From contig JBHIAI010000010.1 in assembly GCA_046861655.1 (NCBI GenBank), forward strand, positions 1 through 25,699: a DNA stretch of 25,699 nucleotides, read 5' to 3'. Each line of letters starts with the position of its first letter. Within the stretch, counting starts at the first letter, position 1. This stretch comes from Fidelibacterota bacterium (GTDB lineage Bacteria; Fidelibacterota; Marinisomatia; Marinisomatales; S15-B10). A program made the translations under genes and the position numbers. The notes under the pieces were generated by a model. The model was not told the origin of the DNA. It made no database searches and saw only the letters and a list, made by a program, of their open reading frames with translations. Below are positions 1 through 8,767 of this stretch, piece after piece.

Positions 1-2444
1 AAGTAATTCCTCTGGTCCGCGGGGTTTTCGTAGTGGACGGGGAACCCGAATTCACCCCAGGTGTTAACCCGGTATTCATAGTTGATGTTTCCGGTAAACC
101 ATCTGCCCACATTCTTGGAGAGATCGATTTCAAGCCCACAGATGTCCTCGTAGCTGTTGTTGATGAGTCTCAGGTAATTCACGTTTCCCTTGATGTTGAT
201 GAACCGGGTCCAGTCCTGCTGGTCGCTCACATCCTTGTAGTACGCGGCAATATGGAGAAGGTACCGGTCAGCGAGGGCCTGGTCGTAACCAAGCTCGTAG
301 GAGATGGTTCTCGCCAGCGGCAGAGTCGGGTCTCCTATTCGGTCCAGAACATAGCCCGATCCCCGTTGAATCCTGTAGAGCCTGTCCGAACTGGGCATCT
401 GACGAAAATGACCGTAATTGAAATAGAGCTTCGAATTCACGGTGATGGGGTGGGAAATACCCAGCCGGGGGCTCCAGTAGAAATGGGCCTCGGCTCTTTC
501 GGTGGCAAATTCCGACTCCTTATCGGGAGAATAAGAAGAAGACAGGAAACTGGCGTCGTAGGGGTCCACCACATACCATTCTCCGTTGGGGTCGATGTAT
601 TCCAGGTTCATCCCCAGGATTCCGATGAAACCCTTGGTTTCCAGCTTGTCCTGTATGAAGACGGAGCCGCGGATAGGGCTCCGGCTGAATTCTGTCCACG
701 TATTCCCCTCCGGCAGGGCCCAGTTGATAGCGCCGAACCGGAGGTCAAAGTGATCATAGATGAGTTCAAACCCGGCGGACAGTTGGTTCCGCTGATTGAT
801 CTGGCTGAAATAGTTGAATCTTGCCTTCCAGGTAGCGAACGTGCTCGTGTCCCGGGAGGTACTCACCGAACCTCCCATTCCCATGCCGTCGCCGATGGCA
901 AACACAGGGAATTTTTCGTACCCGAAAGGGGCCTCATTCACGAAGTATCCTGGGAACAGTTCCGTGAGTTCATCGCTTCGTGCCCGTCCCGGGCCCGTCC
1001 TGTAGTTCTTCTCAACTCTTTCCAGGAAGAGTTCATAATAGGTGCGAGGACTCACGATCCGGGTGAGGCGGGCGGAGAAAACATTGGTGAAGATGGCGGT
1101 CCGGGCCCAGTAGTCGTTGGTATAAAGCCGCCATGACAGGGTGTGACCTATCCTGTCGATGGTGCTCGCTATTTCCCAGTCGTACCGGAAATAGGAGGTT
1201 CCTCCCGGTTCCCTGCCGAAGCCCGTGAACGAGGTGGCCAGGGTCTTCCCGTACAGTCCCACCAGGGTCAGCTTCGTGGAAGACGAAAGGTCAGAGGCCA
1301 CTTTGATCATCCAGGTATTGTTGGTGAGAGCATCCCGGTTGGTGGGTATGAGATACATGTCTTTTTCGGCTCTGGTGGAAAGGTAGAACCGGAGGTTCCC
1401 CAGGGACTTTCCGATGAAAGGAACAGGTCCTCCAAAACCCGCGTCGATATTGTAATCGGATTCCCGGATATCCCCCTCTTTTCGATGCTCCCACCGGAAC
1501 AGCCGCTGGGCGGCGGCGGGGGAGAGGTCGTTGGTGGGATCGTCATCCTGCAGGGTCCGTTCCGAAACGGCATTCCATCCCTCAAAACTCGGGTACTGCC
1601 TTTGGTCATAAAGATCCCAGGCACCGTTTGTTGTGCCTGTCCACGCCACTTCATCGTCAAGATATGGACGCAGCCAGAACGCATCGGGGTCATAGGGAGA
1701 TATGCCAAAGTGTTTTGGTCCCGGAGGACTCTGTTTTACGCTTATGGTTCCTGTGTAGTACTTGGGGTGCCCCTCCTTGGTCACCACATTCACCACGCCC
1801 GATCGAACATTGTGGTATTCCGCACCGAACCCACCGGTCTGAACGGAGATTTCGCCCACGGCACTCAAGGGTATCTGAGTAATGGGATTGTTATCTCTTT
1901 CGTCCCGGAGAACAACGCCATCTACCATGAAAAGGGCCTGATCCCTTCCACTTCCCCGGATGCCGAGATCGGAGGTGATACCGGCCTCCAGCCCCAGAAC
2001 GTCCTCAATCCCGACCGCGGGCAGTTCCCCGATTCTGTCAGAAGTAATGCTCTTTTGACTGCCAGCCACATCTTCCCGGATGATTCGCCTTTCGGCAGTG
2101 ACCACGATTTCTTCCGCAGCCAGGATTTCACTGGTCATCTCGAACTGGATCGTGGTGGTCAGGTCAATCTCAACTCGTATGCCTTGAATCGTGTAATCGG
2201 CGTAACCGATCATGGATGCCCTGACGTTGTAGGCGCCCGGCGGCACATTCAGTATGACAAAGTACCCGTTGACGTCCGAAGCGGCCCCGAAATCGGTATC
2301 CTCCACGATAATGTTCGCACCGATGAGCTGTTCCCGGCTCTCGGAATCGATGACGGTTCCTGCGATCTTACCCGTCACGCCGGCCGTCAGGACGTTTCCA
2401 CACGTCAGAACCACCGCTGCGATAAACGCTGTGCTTCTAATCAA
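1..2444 (-). CDS. TonB-dependent receptor with N-terminal carboxypeptidase-regulatory-like domain and plug domain (3' end runs off the window)
   Basis: Not in the ORF track because it has no stop in the window; I translated the N-terminal part and the last codons by hand. TTG at 2444 follows an SD-like AAAGGAAG. It reads MIRSTAFIAAVVLTCGNVLTA (signal peptide), GVTGKIAGTVIDSESREQLIGANIIVEDTDFGAASDVNGYFVILNVPPGAYNVRASMIGY (CarbopepD_reg-like), EEIVVTAER (TonB-box-like), then IRGSG..QALFMVDG and EISVQTGGFGAEYHNVRSGVVNVVTKEG (plug). The same frame is open at the window edge (..WGEFGFPVHYENPADQRNY). Confidence 0.92.
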   Translation of the reverse strand, partial: MIRSTAFIAAVVLTCGNVLTAGVTGKIAGTVIDSESREQLIGANIIVEDTDFGAASDVNGYFVILNVPPGAYNVRASMIGYADYTIQGIRVEIDLTTTIQFEMTSEILAAEEIVVTAERRIIREDVAGSQKSITSDRIGELPAVGIEDVLGLEAGITSDLGIRGSGRDQALFMVDGVVLRDERDNNPITQIPLSAVGEISVQTGGFGAEYHNVRSGVVNVVTKEGHPKYYTGTISVKQSPPGPKHFGISPYDPDAFWLRPYLDDEVAWTGTTNGAWDLYDQRQYPSFEGWNAVSERTLQDDDPTNDLSPAAAQRLFRWEHRKEGDIRESDYNIDAGFGGPVPFIGKSLGNLRFYLSTRAEKDMYLIPTNRDALTNNTWMIKVASDLSSSTKLTLVGLYGKTLATSFTGFGREPGGTSYFRYDWEIASTIDRIGHTLSWRLYTNDYWARTAIFTNVFSARLTRIVSPRTYYELFLERVEKNYRTGPGRARSDELTELFPGYFVNEAPFGYEKFPVFAIGDGMGMGGSVSTSRDTSTFATWKARFNYFSQINQRNQLSAGFELIYDHFDLRFGAINWALPEGNTWTEFSRSPIRGSVFIQDKLETKGFIGILGMNLEYIDPNGEWYVVDPYDASFLSSSYSPDKESEFATERAEAHFYWSPRLGISHPITVNSKLYFNYGHFRQMPSSDRLYRIQRGSGYVLDRIGDPTLPLARTISYELGYDQALADRYLLHIAAYYKDVSDQQDWTRFINIKGNVNYLRLINNSYEDICGLEIDLSKNVGRWFTGNINYEYRVNTWGEFGFPVHYENPADQRNY

Positions 2445-2512
2445 GGGAGTTGCTTCCTTTCCGGTTGATTGGTTGGTTTATTCATACCAGGAGGGAATAC
2501 CCATTGGTCTAC

Positions 2513-2541
2513 ATTATAAATCGAAGGAGACAACTTGTCAA
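2513..2541 (-). promoter_or_regulatory. Consensus sigma70 promoter for the TonB-dependent receptor
   Basis: The minus strand reads TTGACA (2541-2536), a 17-nt spacer, then TATAAT (2518-2513). This is a perfect match, intergenic, about 70 nt upstream of the receptor start. Confidence 0.9.
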
Positions 2542-2553
2542 GAGATTCCTGGG

Positions 2554-3534
2554 TCAATACTTGAGTTGATGGCGGTCCCGGATGGGTGGAAAATCGTCAG
2601 GATGGTCAGGAAACAAGTGATCGAATACCTGTCGATTTATGTCCACGATCAGTCGATCCGCATCGTTCATTTTGATCCACCGCTGGTCCTCATTCTTCTT
2701 CGTCATAACGCAGATCACATAATCGAGTCCAGGAGTATTGATGCAGGCGACTTCGGCCCTGTAATCATCCAGCGCTCCGGTCTTGGACGCCACGTTTATG
2801 CGTCGGGGAACCTGACTCGGCGCATAGCCGTCCCAGAACGGATGGGACAGGATTCTGTAGATCTCTTCGCAGGACTCGGGAGTGAGGATTTCTCGGAGAA
2901 AAATCTTTTCCATGAGAAGAGCCATCTCCTCCGGGGTGGTCATTCCCCAGCCGTACCTTTCCTTCTGGGATTCTCTCCCCGCTGCGAAGGAATTCATGCG
3001 TGTGACGGGAAATCCCAGTGCATCCATGAGGCGGTTCACCGCATCCCCTCCTCCCAGCTCCCTGGTGAGCCATATGGCTGCGGCGTTGTCGCTCAAAGTC
3101 AACATAAGATGTACCAGGTCCTTCACGGTGACCTCTGTGCTGTCTTTGAAGAACTGCAGGTACCCGGCACCTGGGTACGCCAGGCTGTCCCTGTATGTCC
3201 ACCGGTCAGTGTAGGAGATTTCTCCTTTTTCCAGCAGGTTGAAAACATGGACAGCGATGGGTATCTTGATGAGACTGGCCGTGGGAAAGGTGTCTTGAGC
3301 GCTGATGGACACCGTCTCGCCCGAATTGAGGTTTCTAAGGTACAGTCCAGTAATGCCTCTGTGGCTGGCGATTTTTTCCAGAAGGGCGTTCTTGAGAGCC
3401 GAATCCTGGGAATAACAGGGGGCTGTACAGGCCAAGAGTATAACCCATGGGATGGTGAGGAAGTATTTGCGGGTTTCTTTTCTCAAATTATGAGATTTCC
3501 ACAGTCGACCCGCTTCGGCGGGACTCGTCGGCAC
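2554..3534 (-). CDS. Secreted serine hydrolase, class A beta-lactamase-like (Beta-lactamase2/PBP-like)
   Basis: SxxK (FPTASLIK), SDN and KTG motifs, TTPxxM, and a hydrophobic signal-like segment (KYFLTIPWVILLACTAPCYS). The true start may be TTG at 3486. Confidence 0.85.
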   Translation of the reverse strand: MPTSPAEAGRLWKSHNLRKETRKYFLTIPWVILLACTAPCYSQDSALKNALLEKIASHRGITGLYLRNLNSGETVSISAQDTFPTASLIKIPIAVHVFNLLEKGEISYTDRWTYRDSLAYPGAGYLQFFKDSTEVTVKDLVHLMLTLSDNAAAIWLTRELGGGDAVNRLMDALGFPVTRMNSFAAGRESQKERYGWGMTTPEEMALLMEKIFLREILTPESCEEIYRILSHPFWDGYAPSQVPRRINVASKTGALDDYRAEVACINTPGLDYVICVMTKKNEDQRWIKMNDADRLIVDINRQVFDHLFPDHPDDFPPIRDRHQLKY

Positions 3535-3537
3535 TGT
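3501..3537. repeat. Short inverted repeat/hairpin (CCCGC-TTCG-GCGGG core) between the symporter and the serine hydrolase
   Basis: Plus strand 3509-3522 is CCCGC TTCG GCGGG (cUUCGg tetraloop). Outer arms are ACAGT (3501-3505) and ACTGT (3533-3537). Confidence 0.55.
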
Positions 3538-5370
3538 TCACCTGGTCACTTTCTCCCATCCGATCCGGGAGAGATGCCGTACGATGATCCATGCCGCCCC
3601 CGCGGCTACCGCGAGGAATGCAATACCGGTCCCGACCTCTCCCAGGATGATCTTTCCCACACCGAACAGGGAGGAGAACACAAGGACGCATCCTGCCACC
3701 CAGTCCAGGAAGAGAAGGTGATAGCCCCTGTCGCTTTCAACCTCCGGAAGCCTGTCCGAAATCGGTTTCCAGAGGCGGCCCCCGGGATGGATCCGTTTGT
3801 AGAAGGAAACCAGTGTTTTTTCATCGGTGGGAGAGGTCAACCAGGTCACCAGTATCCAGACCGCGGTGGACCAGGGCACCATGAGATACCGGGTGTCGGG
3901 GAATGGGGCGCGGGGGGGGGGGAAGAGAGGGGTGATGAAGGGGACAACGGGCCTTATGAACGGCAGAATCAGGAACGGGGCCACCATGGCCGAAATCTCG
4001 GACCAGGCGTTGATCCTCCACCAGAACCAGCGGAGTATCAGGACCAGACCGATTCCGCCGCTGAATTCGAGAATCAGGGCCCAGGCGTCACTGATGCGGT
4101 CAAGCTTAGACGTAACGACCAGGGACAGGATCATGATGGCGACGGTCGTAATCCTGGAGAACCTGACGTAGGTCTCTTCCCGGGCCTTGGACCGGTAGAA
4201 TCGTCGATAGAAATCGTTGACCACGTACGAGGTTCCCCAGTTCAACTGGGTGGAAATGGTGGACATGTACGCGGCAAAAAACGCGGCCAACAACAGTCCG
4301 AGCAATCCTGCCGGCAGATAGTCTCTCATGATCATCACGAAGCCTTCCCCCTTATCCTCAATGGGCAGGTCCGGGTATACGGTCAAAGACACCAGGGCTA
4401 CGATTATCCAGGGCCAGGGGCGGACGGCATAATGGGCAATGGTGAACCATAAAGTGGCAAGCAGGGAATGTCTTTCGTCCTTCGCGGACATGATTCGTTG
4501 GGCGACGTATCCACCGCCACCGGGTTCGGCGCCCGGGTACCAGGAGGACCACCACGGGACCCCCAGGTAGGCCACAAAGGCCAGAGCGGTCAGTGAAAGG
4601 GCACCCCCGATGGGGGACGCACGGTCCCCTACGGAAGGCGTGAACTGGAATACCCACTGGGGCAGTTTCTCCTTGAGTCCGGCGATGCCTCCCACTTCCG
4701 GGATGTTAACGGCGATAACCGCCAGGATGATGGTCCCGGTCATGGCCAGGACGAACTGCACCACATCTGTGATGGAAACTCCCCACAGGCCCGAAAGAGA
4801 GGCGTAGACGGCCACGAAAGCCATGAGGACTCCCACCCACAGGAGATGAGAACCGAGGTCAATGCCCAAGAAGGACAGCTCCTCCAGGCCGAAGAAAGTG
4901 AGACGGGGAAACATGACGGTCAAGATTTTTACCATGGCCAGGTTTACCCATCCCATGATAATGACATTCATAAACAGCCCCAGATAAAGAGCCCTGAATC
5001 CCCGCAGGAAGGCCGCCGGTCTTCCCGAATACCGGATTTCCGCAAATTCCACATCGGTCATGATCCCCGCCCGTCTCCAGAATCTCGCGAAGAAAAACAC
5101 GGTGAGCATTCCACCGAAGAGCATGTTCCACCACAGCCAGTTTCCAGCCACCCCATTCTTTGCCACCAGTTCGGTAACAGCCAGGGGCGTGTCAGCCGCG
5201 AACGTCGTTGCCACCATGGTAGTGCCGGCAACGTACCACGGCAGGTTCCTTCCGGTCAGAAAAAACTCAATCGTGCTTTTTCCCGCCCTGCGGGAGAAGA
5301 AAACGGCAATTCCCATGCTGATAGTCAGGTAGGAAAGAATGATGATCCAGTCGAGGGTGGAAAGGTTCAC
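3538..5370 (-). CDS. Sodium:solute symporter (SSS/SLC5 family)
   Basis: 610-aa polytopic membrane protein with EFFLTGRNLPW, MVATTFAADTP, GGYVAQRIMSAKDE and AAYMSTISTQLNWG motifs. The GTG start overlaps the upstream stop (GTGA). Confidence 0.93.
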   Translation of the reverse strand: MNLSTLDWIIILSYLTISMGIAVFFSRRAGKSTIEFFLTGRNLPWYVAGTTMVATTFAADTPLAVTELVAKNGVAGNWLWWNMLFGGMLTVFFFARFWRRAGIMTDVEFAEIRYSGRPAAFLRGFRALYLGLFMNVIIMGWVNLAMVKILTVMFPRLTFFGLEELSFLGIDLGSHLLWVGVLMAFVAVYASLSGLWGVSITDVVQFVLAMTGTIILAVIAVNIPEVGGIAGLKEKLPQWVFQFTPSVGDRASPIGGALSLTALAFVAYLGVPWWSSWYPGAEPGGGGYVAQRIMSAKDERHSLLATLWFTIAHYAVRPWPWIIVALVSLTVYPDLPIEDKGEGFVMIMRDYLPAGLLGLLLAAFFAAYMSTISTQLNWGTSYVVNDFYRRFYRSKAREETYVRFSRITTVAIMILSLVVTSKLDRISDAWALILEFSGGIGLVLILRWFWWRINAWSEISAMVAPFLILPFIRPVVPFITPLFPPPRAPFPDTRYLMVPWSTAVWILVTWLTSPTDEKTLVSFYKRIHPGGRLWKPISDRLPEVESDRGYHLLFLDWVAGCVLVFSSLFGVGKIILGEVGTGIAFLAVAAGAAWIIVRHLSRIGWEKVTR

Positions 5371-6257
5371 GCCGGGAGAGTGTTAACCAGGTGTCTCATC
5401 ATTCGGATATGATCGGGATTTGTCCCGCAGCAGCCGCCGAGTATGGCAACACCAAGATCCAGGAGTTCTTGCGCCTTGGGCTTGATGGCCTCGGGAGTTT
5501 CACGGTAAACGGATTCGCCATCCACCCATTCAGGAATGCCCGCATTGGACTGGGCGATCACGGGCAGGCTGGTCAGGGGCACCATTTCTTTCATGATGGC
5601 AATCATTTCGTCGAATCCATTCCCGCAGTTGGCCCCGATGACGTGGGCTCCGGCGTCGGTGAGTCTTCTGACGGCGGTTTCGACCGTCACTCCCCACATG
5701 GTCCGGAGCCCCGCCTTGCCCATTTCAAATGTCATGGTTGCCACCACGGGAAGCTGGGTCGATTCCCTGGCCGCCCGGACGGCGATTTCCGCCTCTTCCA
5801 CGGCCATCATGGTTTCCACGTATAAGACATCCACCCCTCCCTCCGCCAGGGCCTCCGCCTGCTCCCGGAACATGTCTTGGGCCTCTTTCAGGGGCCGGGA
5901 ACCCAGGGGTTGAAGTATATCCCCTGTAGGACCCATGGACCCCGCCACGAAGCGGCCCGGAGGGCACACCTCCCGGGCCAGCCGGGCCGATCGGGTGGAT
6001 ATCTCCCTGGCTCTATTCGAAAGGTCGTGAAGTGCCAGCCTGGAGCGGTTGGCCCCGAAGGTGTTGGTTTCAACGATGTCTGATCCGGCCTCGAAATAGT
6101 CCCGGTACACGCCCTGGACGATCTCGGGGCGCGTAATATTGATCTTTTCGGGACATTCGCCGGGGGGCAAGCCTCTTTTTTGAAGCTCTGTGCCCATGGC
6201 GCCGTCCCCCAGGAGGGGGGGTAGCGACTTCACCCTCTCCCGGAACGGCGTAGTCAC
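5367..6257 (-). CDS. Stand-alone homocysteine S-methyltransferase domain protein (MetH N-terminal/BHMT-like)
   Basis: DGAMGTELQ, YFEAGSDIVETNTFG, VAGSMGPTG, and Zn ligands GANC and GGCCG. At 296 aa it has no fused pterin-binding or B12 domain. Confidence 0.93.
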   Translation of the reverse strand: MTTPFRERVKSLPPLLGDGAMGTELQKRGLPPGECPEKINITRPEIVQGVYRDYFEAGSDIVETNTFGANRSRLALHDLSNRAREISTRSARLAREVCPPGRFVAGSMGPTGDILQPLGSRPLKEAQDMFREQAEALAEGGVDVLYVETMMAVEEAEIAVRAARESTQLPVVATMTFEMGKAGLRTMWGVTVETAVRRLTDAGAHVIGANCGNGFDEMIAIMKEMVPLTSLPVIAQSNAGIPEWVDGESVYRETPEAIKPKAQELLDLGVAILGGCCGTNPDHIRMMRHLVNTLPA

Positions 6258-6907
6258 GGCTTCTTTTGACGGTGGATCTTGATAAGCTCCTTGGCCTTTT
6301 CGACTGCCTCCATGGCATTGTCGCCGTAGGCATCTGCCCCGATCTTATCGGCAAAGGCCTGGGACACGGGAGCACCGCCGATCATCGTTTTCACACGAAT
6401 GCCCTCAGACTGGATCCTGTCGATCACCACCTTCATGTATCCCATGGTGGTGGTCAGGAGGGCCGACATTCCCAGGATATCGGCTTTGTTTTTATCCACC
6501 GCCTCCAGAAAGGCTTCCACCCGGGTGTCTACACCTAAGTCGACGACCTCGAAACCGGCCCCTTTCAGCATCATCCGGACGATGTTCTTTCCGATGTCGT
6601 GGATGTCCCCTTTTACGGTTCCGATGACATAGATTCCCACCCGCTCAACACTTGATTTGGCCAGAAGAGGTTCAAGAATGCCCAGGGAGGCTTTCATGGC
6701 CCGGGCACAGATCAGCACCTCCGGCACAAAAATGATGTTGTCACGGAAGCGGATTCCAACCACATCCATTCCCGGCACGAGCCCCCGGTCCAGGATCTCC
6801 TTCGGACTCAGTTTCTCCTCGAGCAGCCTGTGGGTCAGGTCCTCGCATTTCTTGTCGTCGCCGTCGATGACGGCCTGGGCCAGTTCCTTAAGGAGTTTTT
6901 CAACCAT
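6254..6907 (-). CDS. Stand-alone corrinoid (cobalamin-binding) protein, MtaC/MttC/MetH B12-domain type
   Basis: Helical cap (GLVPGMDVVGIRF..FVPEVL) plus B12-binding motifs DIHDIG (DxHxxG), SALLTTT and GGAP. Confidence 0.95.
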   Translation of the reverse strand: MVEKLLKELAQAVIDGDDKKCEDLTHRLLEEKLSPKEILDRGLVPGMDVVGIRFRDNIIFVPEVLICARAMKASLGILEPLLAKSSVERVGIYVIGTVKGDIHDIGKNIVRMMLKGAGFEVVDLGVDTRVEAFLEAVDKNKADILGMSALLTTTMGYMKVVIDRIQSEGIRVKTMIGGAPVSQAFADKIGADAYGDNAMEAVEKAKELIKIHRQKKP

Positions 6908-8756
6908 TCGACGGCCCCACCGGGAATTCCATGGAATTCACGAAGAATTCATGGAAGTCTTCTCTGTCTGAAATCTCCACATATTCCATGATGTGGGCCA
7001 GGTGTTCCGCTTTTTTCCTGGCTTCTTTGGAGAGAAGGATCGCTTCCGCCCCTGAAATGGAGGCGTTGCCGATGAACTTCACCCGGTCGGAGGGTACTTT
7101 CGGGAGAAGACCGACGTCAATGGCATCCTCGCCTCTGACGTGATTCCCGAATGCTCCCGCTATGTATACCTGGACGATATCCTCGGTTTTCACACCGAGT
7201 TCCTTCATGAGAATCCTGATCCCCGACGCAATGGCGCCCTTGGCCAACTGTACTTCCCGGACATCTTTCTGCATAAGCATCACGGATTTATCCCTGTCAA
7301 CTCTGGCGATTGAAATATCATTGGAACCGTTATCGTTGTGGACCAGGCGAGACTTCAACCGGTCGTCTACATCAGGGTCCAGCTCTTCCACATTCAGGAT
7401 CCGTCCTGATGGATCGATGATCGAGGCCCGGACGAATTCGGAGACCAGGTCCAGCAATCCCGACCCACAGATTCCTATGGCATCTCCGTTTCCCACAGTG
7501 CGGACCTGAAGCTCTCCGTCCACGATTCGCGCTCGCTCAATAGCTCCGCGGGCTGCCCTCATTCCCCAGGCGATGTACGCCCCTTCCCAGGCGGGACCCG
7601 CAGGAGATGAACAGCACAGAAGTCTTTTTCTTGATCCCAGCACCATCTCTCCATTGGTTCCGATGTCGACAACCAATTGTATCTCGTCCTCGTTCTCCAG
7701 GTTCAGGTTGGTCAGGACGGCGGTGATGTCACTGCCCACAAAACAGGCCAGGTTCGGGATGGCGTAAAGGGTGGCGTGATCGTTCATCTTGAGTCCTATT
7801 TCGGTCGCTCTTATGGTCGCCGGTCCTCTGAACATGGGGGTGTAAGGTTTGTAGGCGATATGTCTTGGATCCAAGTTCAACACGATGTGCTGCATAACGG
7901 TGTTTCCAGCGAGGGTCGCCTTGTAGATTTGATCCTGCCGGACACCCGACATTGAGCAAAGGTTTTCCACGAGTCTGTTCATCGTCTTGATGATGATCCT
8001 GTGCAGCAATTCCAGGCCCCCGGGATTCTCCACAATGGTGTTGACCCGGGCGATGATGTCAGCACCGTAGCTTTTCTGAGGATTCACATCCGATGCCACC
8101 GCGGCCACCCGTCCGGTGACCATGTCCAGGAGTCTCGCAACGACGGTCGTGGTGCCCACATCGAACGCCACACCGGACAGGATGTCTGTCGTGTATCCCC
8201 CTTCTACGGTGGTAATTCCGTTCCCCTCAAGGACGACGGTAACCTCCTGGTCGTGGTCCCTGAGGAGGTTTCCCAGGTTCCTGATCCCTTCAAGGTGAAA
8301 ACGCGTTACGTCTTGCCCTTTTTTGGAAAGAGTCTCCATCAGGCGGTCCAGATCAAAAACCTTCTCACCCAGGCGGGCGGGAGGGACTGCAGTATGGATT
8401 TTTTTCGTATCCGGGTTCAGAGGGAACCGCCCTTTCACCCCTTCAGTCATGATGGTGTCACCGAATGCCCGGGCCTCTTCTGGAACGATACAGACGGCGT
8501 CTCCTTTCACCGATGCCTGGCAGGAAAGTCTCATTCCCTTGGAAATCTCCCCCGGGGTGAGAAGCTCTTTCTCCACCCTGGCCGGTCTTCCGCCCCCCCC
8601 TTTGAGATTAACCTTACATTTGGCGCAGGTTCCGATTCCGGCGCACGTGGATTCAATGATAATCCCAAGGTCCAGGGCAGCGTCCCGGAACGTAGTACCT
8701 GTTTCGAAATAGCCTGTCTTCTTGCTGGGGAGAAAAAGGACCTTGAACTCTGGCAT
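6900..8756 (-). CDS. ATP-dependent reductive activator of corrinoid proteins (RACo/RamA-like; 2Fe-2S plus ASKHA domains)
   Basis: N-terminal 2Fe-2S motif CAGIGTCAKC...RLSCQ, ASKHA motifs DVGTTT and DIGTNGE, plus AGPAWEG, GICGSG and YIAGAFG. Confidence 0.93.
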   Translation of the reverse strand: MPEFKVLFLPSKKTGYFETGTTFRDAALDLGIIIESTCAGIGTCAKCKVNLKGGGGRPARVEKELLTPGEISKGMRLSCQASVKGDAVCIVPEEARAFGDTIMTEGVKGRFPLNPDTKKIHTAVPPARLGEKVFDLDRLMETLSKKGQDVTRFHLEGIRNLGNLLRDHDQEVTVVLEGNGITTVEGGYTTDILSGVAFDVGTTTVVARLLDMVTGRVAAVASDVNPQKSYGADIIARVNTIVENPGGLELLHRIIIKTMNRLVENLCSMSGVRQDQIYKATLAGNTVMQHIVLNLDPRHIAYKPYTPMFRGPATIRATEIGLKMNDHATLYAIPNLACFVGSDITAVLTNLNLENEDEIQLVVDIGTNGEMVLGSRKRLLCCSSPAGPAWEGAYIAWGMRAARGAIERARIVDGELQVRTVGNGDAIGICGSGLLDLVSEFVRASIIDPSGRILNVEELDPDVDDRLKSRLVHNDNGSNDISIARVDRDKSVMLMQKDVREVQLAKGAIASGIRILMKELGVKTEDIVQVYIAGAFGNHVRGEDAIDVGLLPKVPSDRVKFIGNASISGAEAILLSKEARKKAEHLAHIMEYVEISDREDFHEFFVNSMEFPVGPSNG

Positions 8757-8767
8757 GGGGGAGGACC

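Noticed and set aside
33..2468. Plus-strand ORFs 33..1136 (367 aa) and 1143..2468 (441 aa)
   Set aside because: They are codon-in-register antisense shadows of the TonB-dependent receptor. They stay open because TTA/CTA/TCA codons are rare in GC-rich genes, and they show no protein motifs.
2254..4452. 732-aa plus-strand ORF
   Set aside because: It is in-register antisense to the serine hydrolase and the symporter, which share one frame. It crosses a consensus promoter and has no recognisable domain.
5367..6907. Frameshifted or pseudogenised metH
   Set aside because: The gene order (B12 protein before HMT) is opposite to the MetH domain order. Each ORF is a complete domain with its own coupled start and intact motifs.
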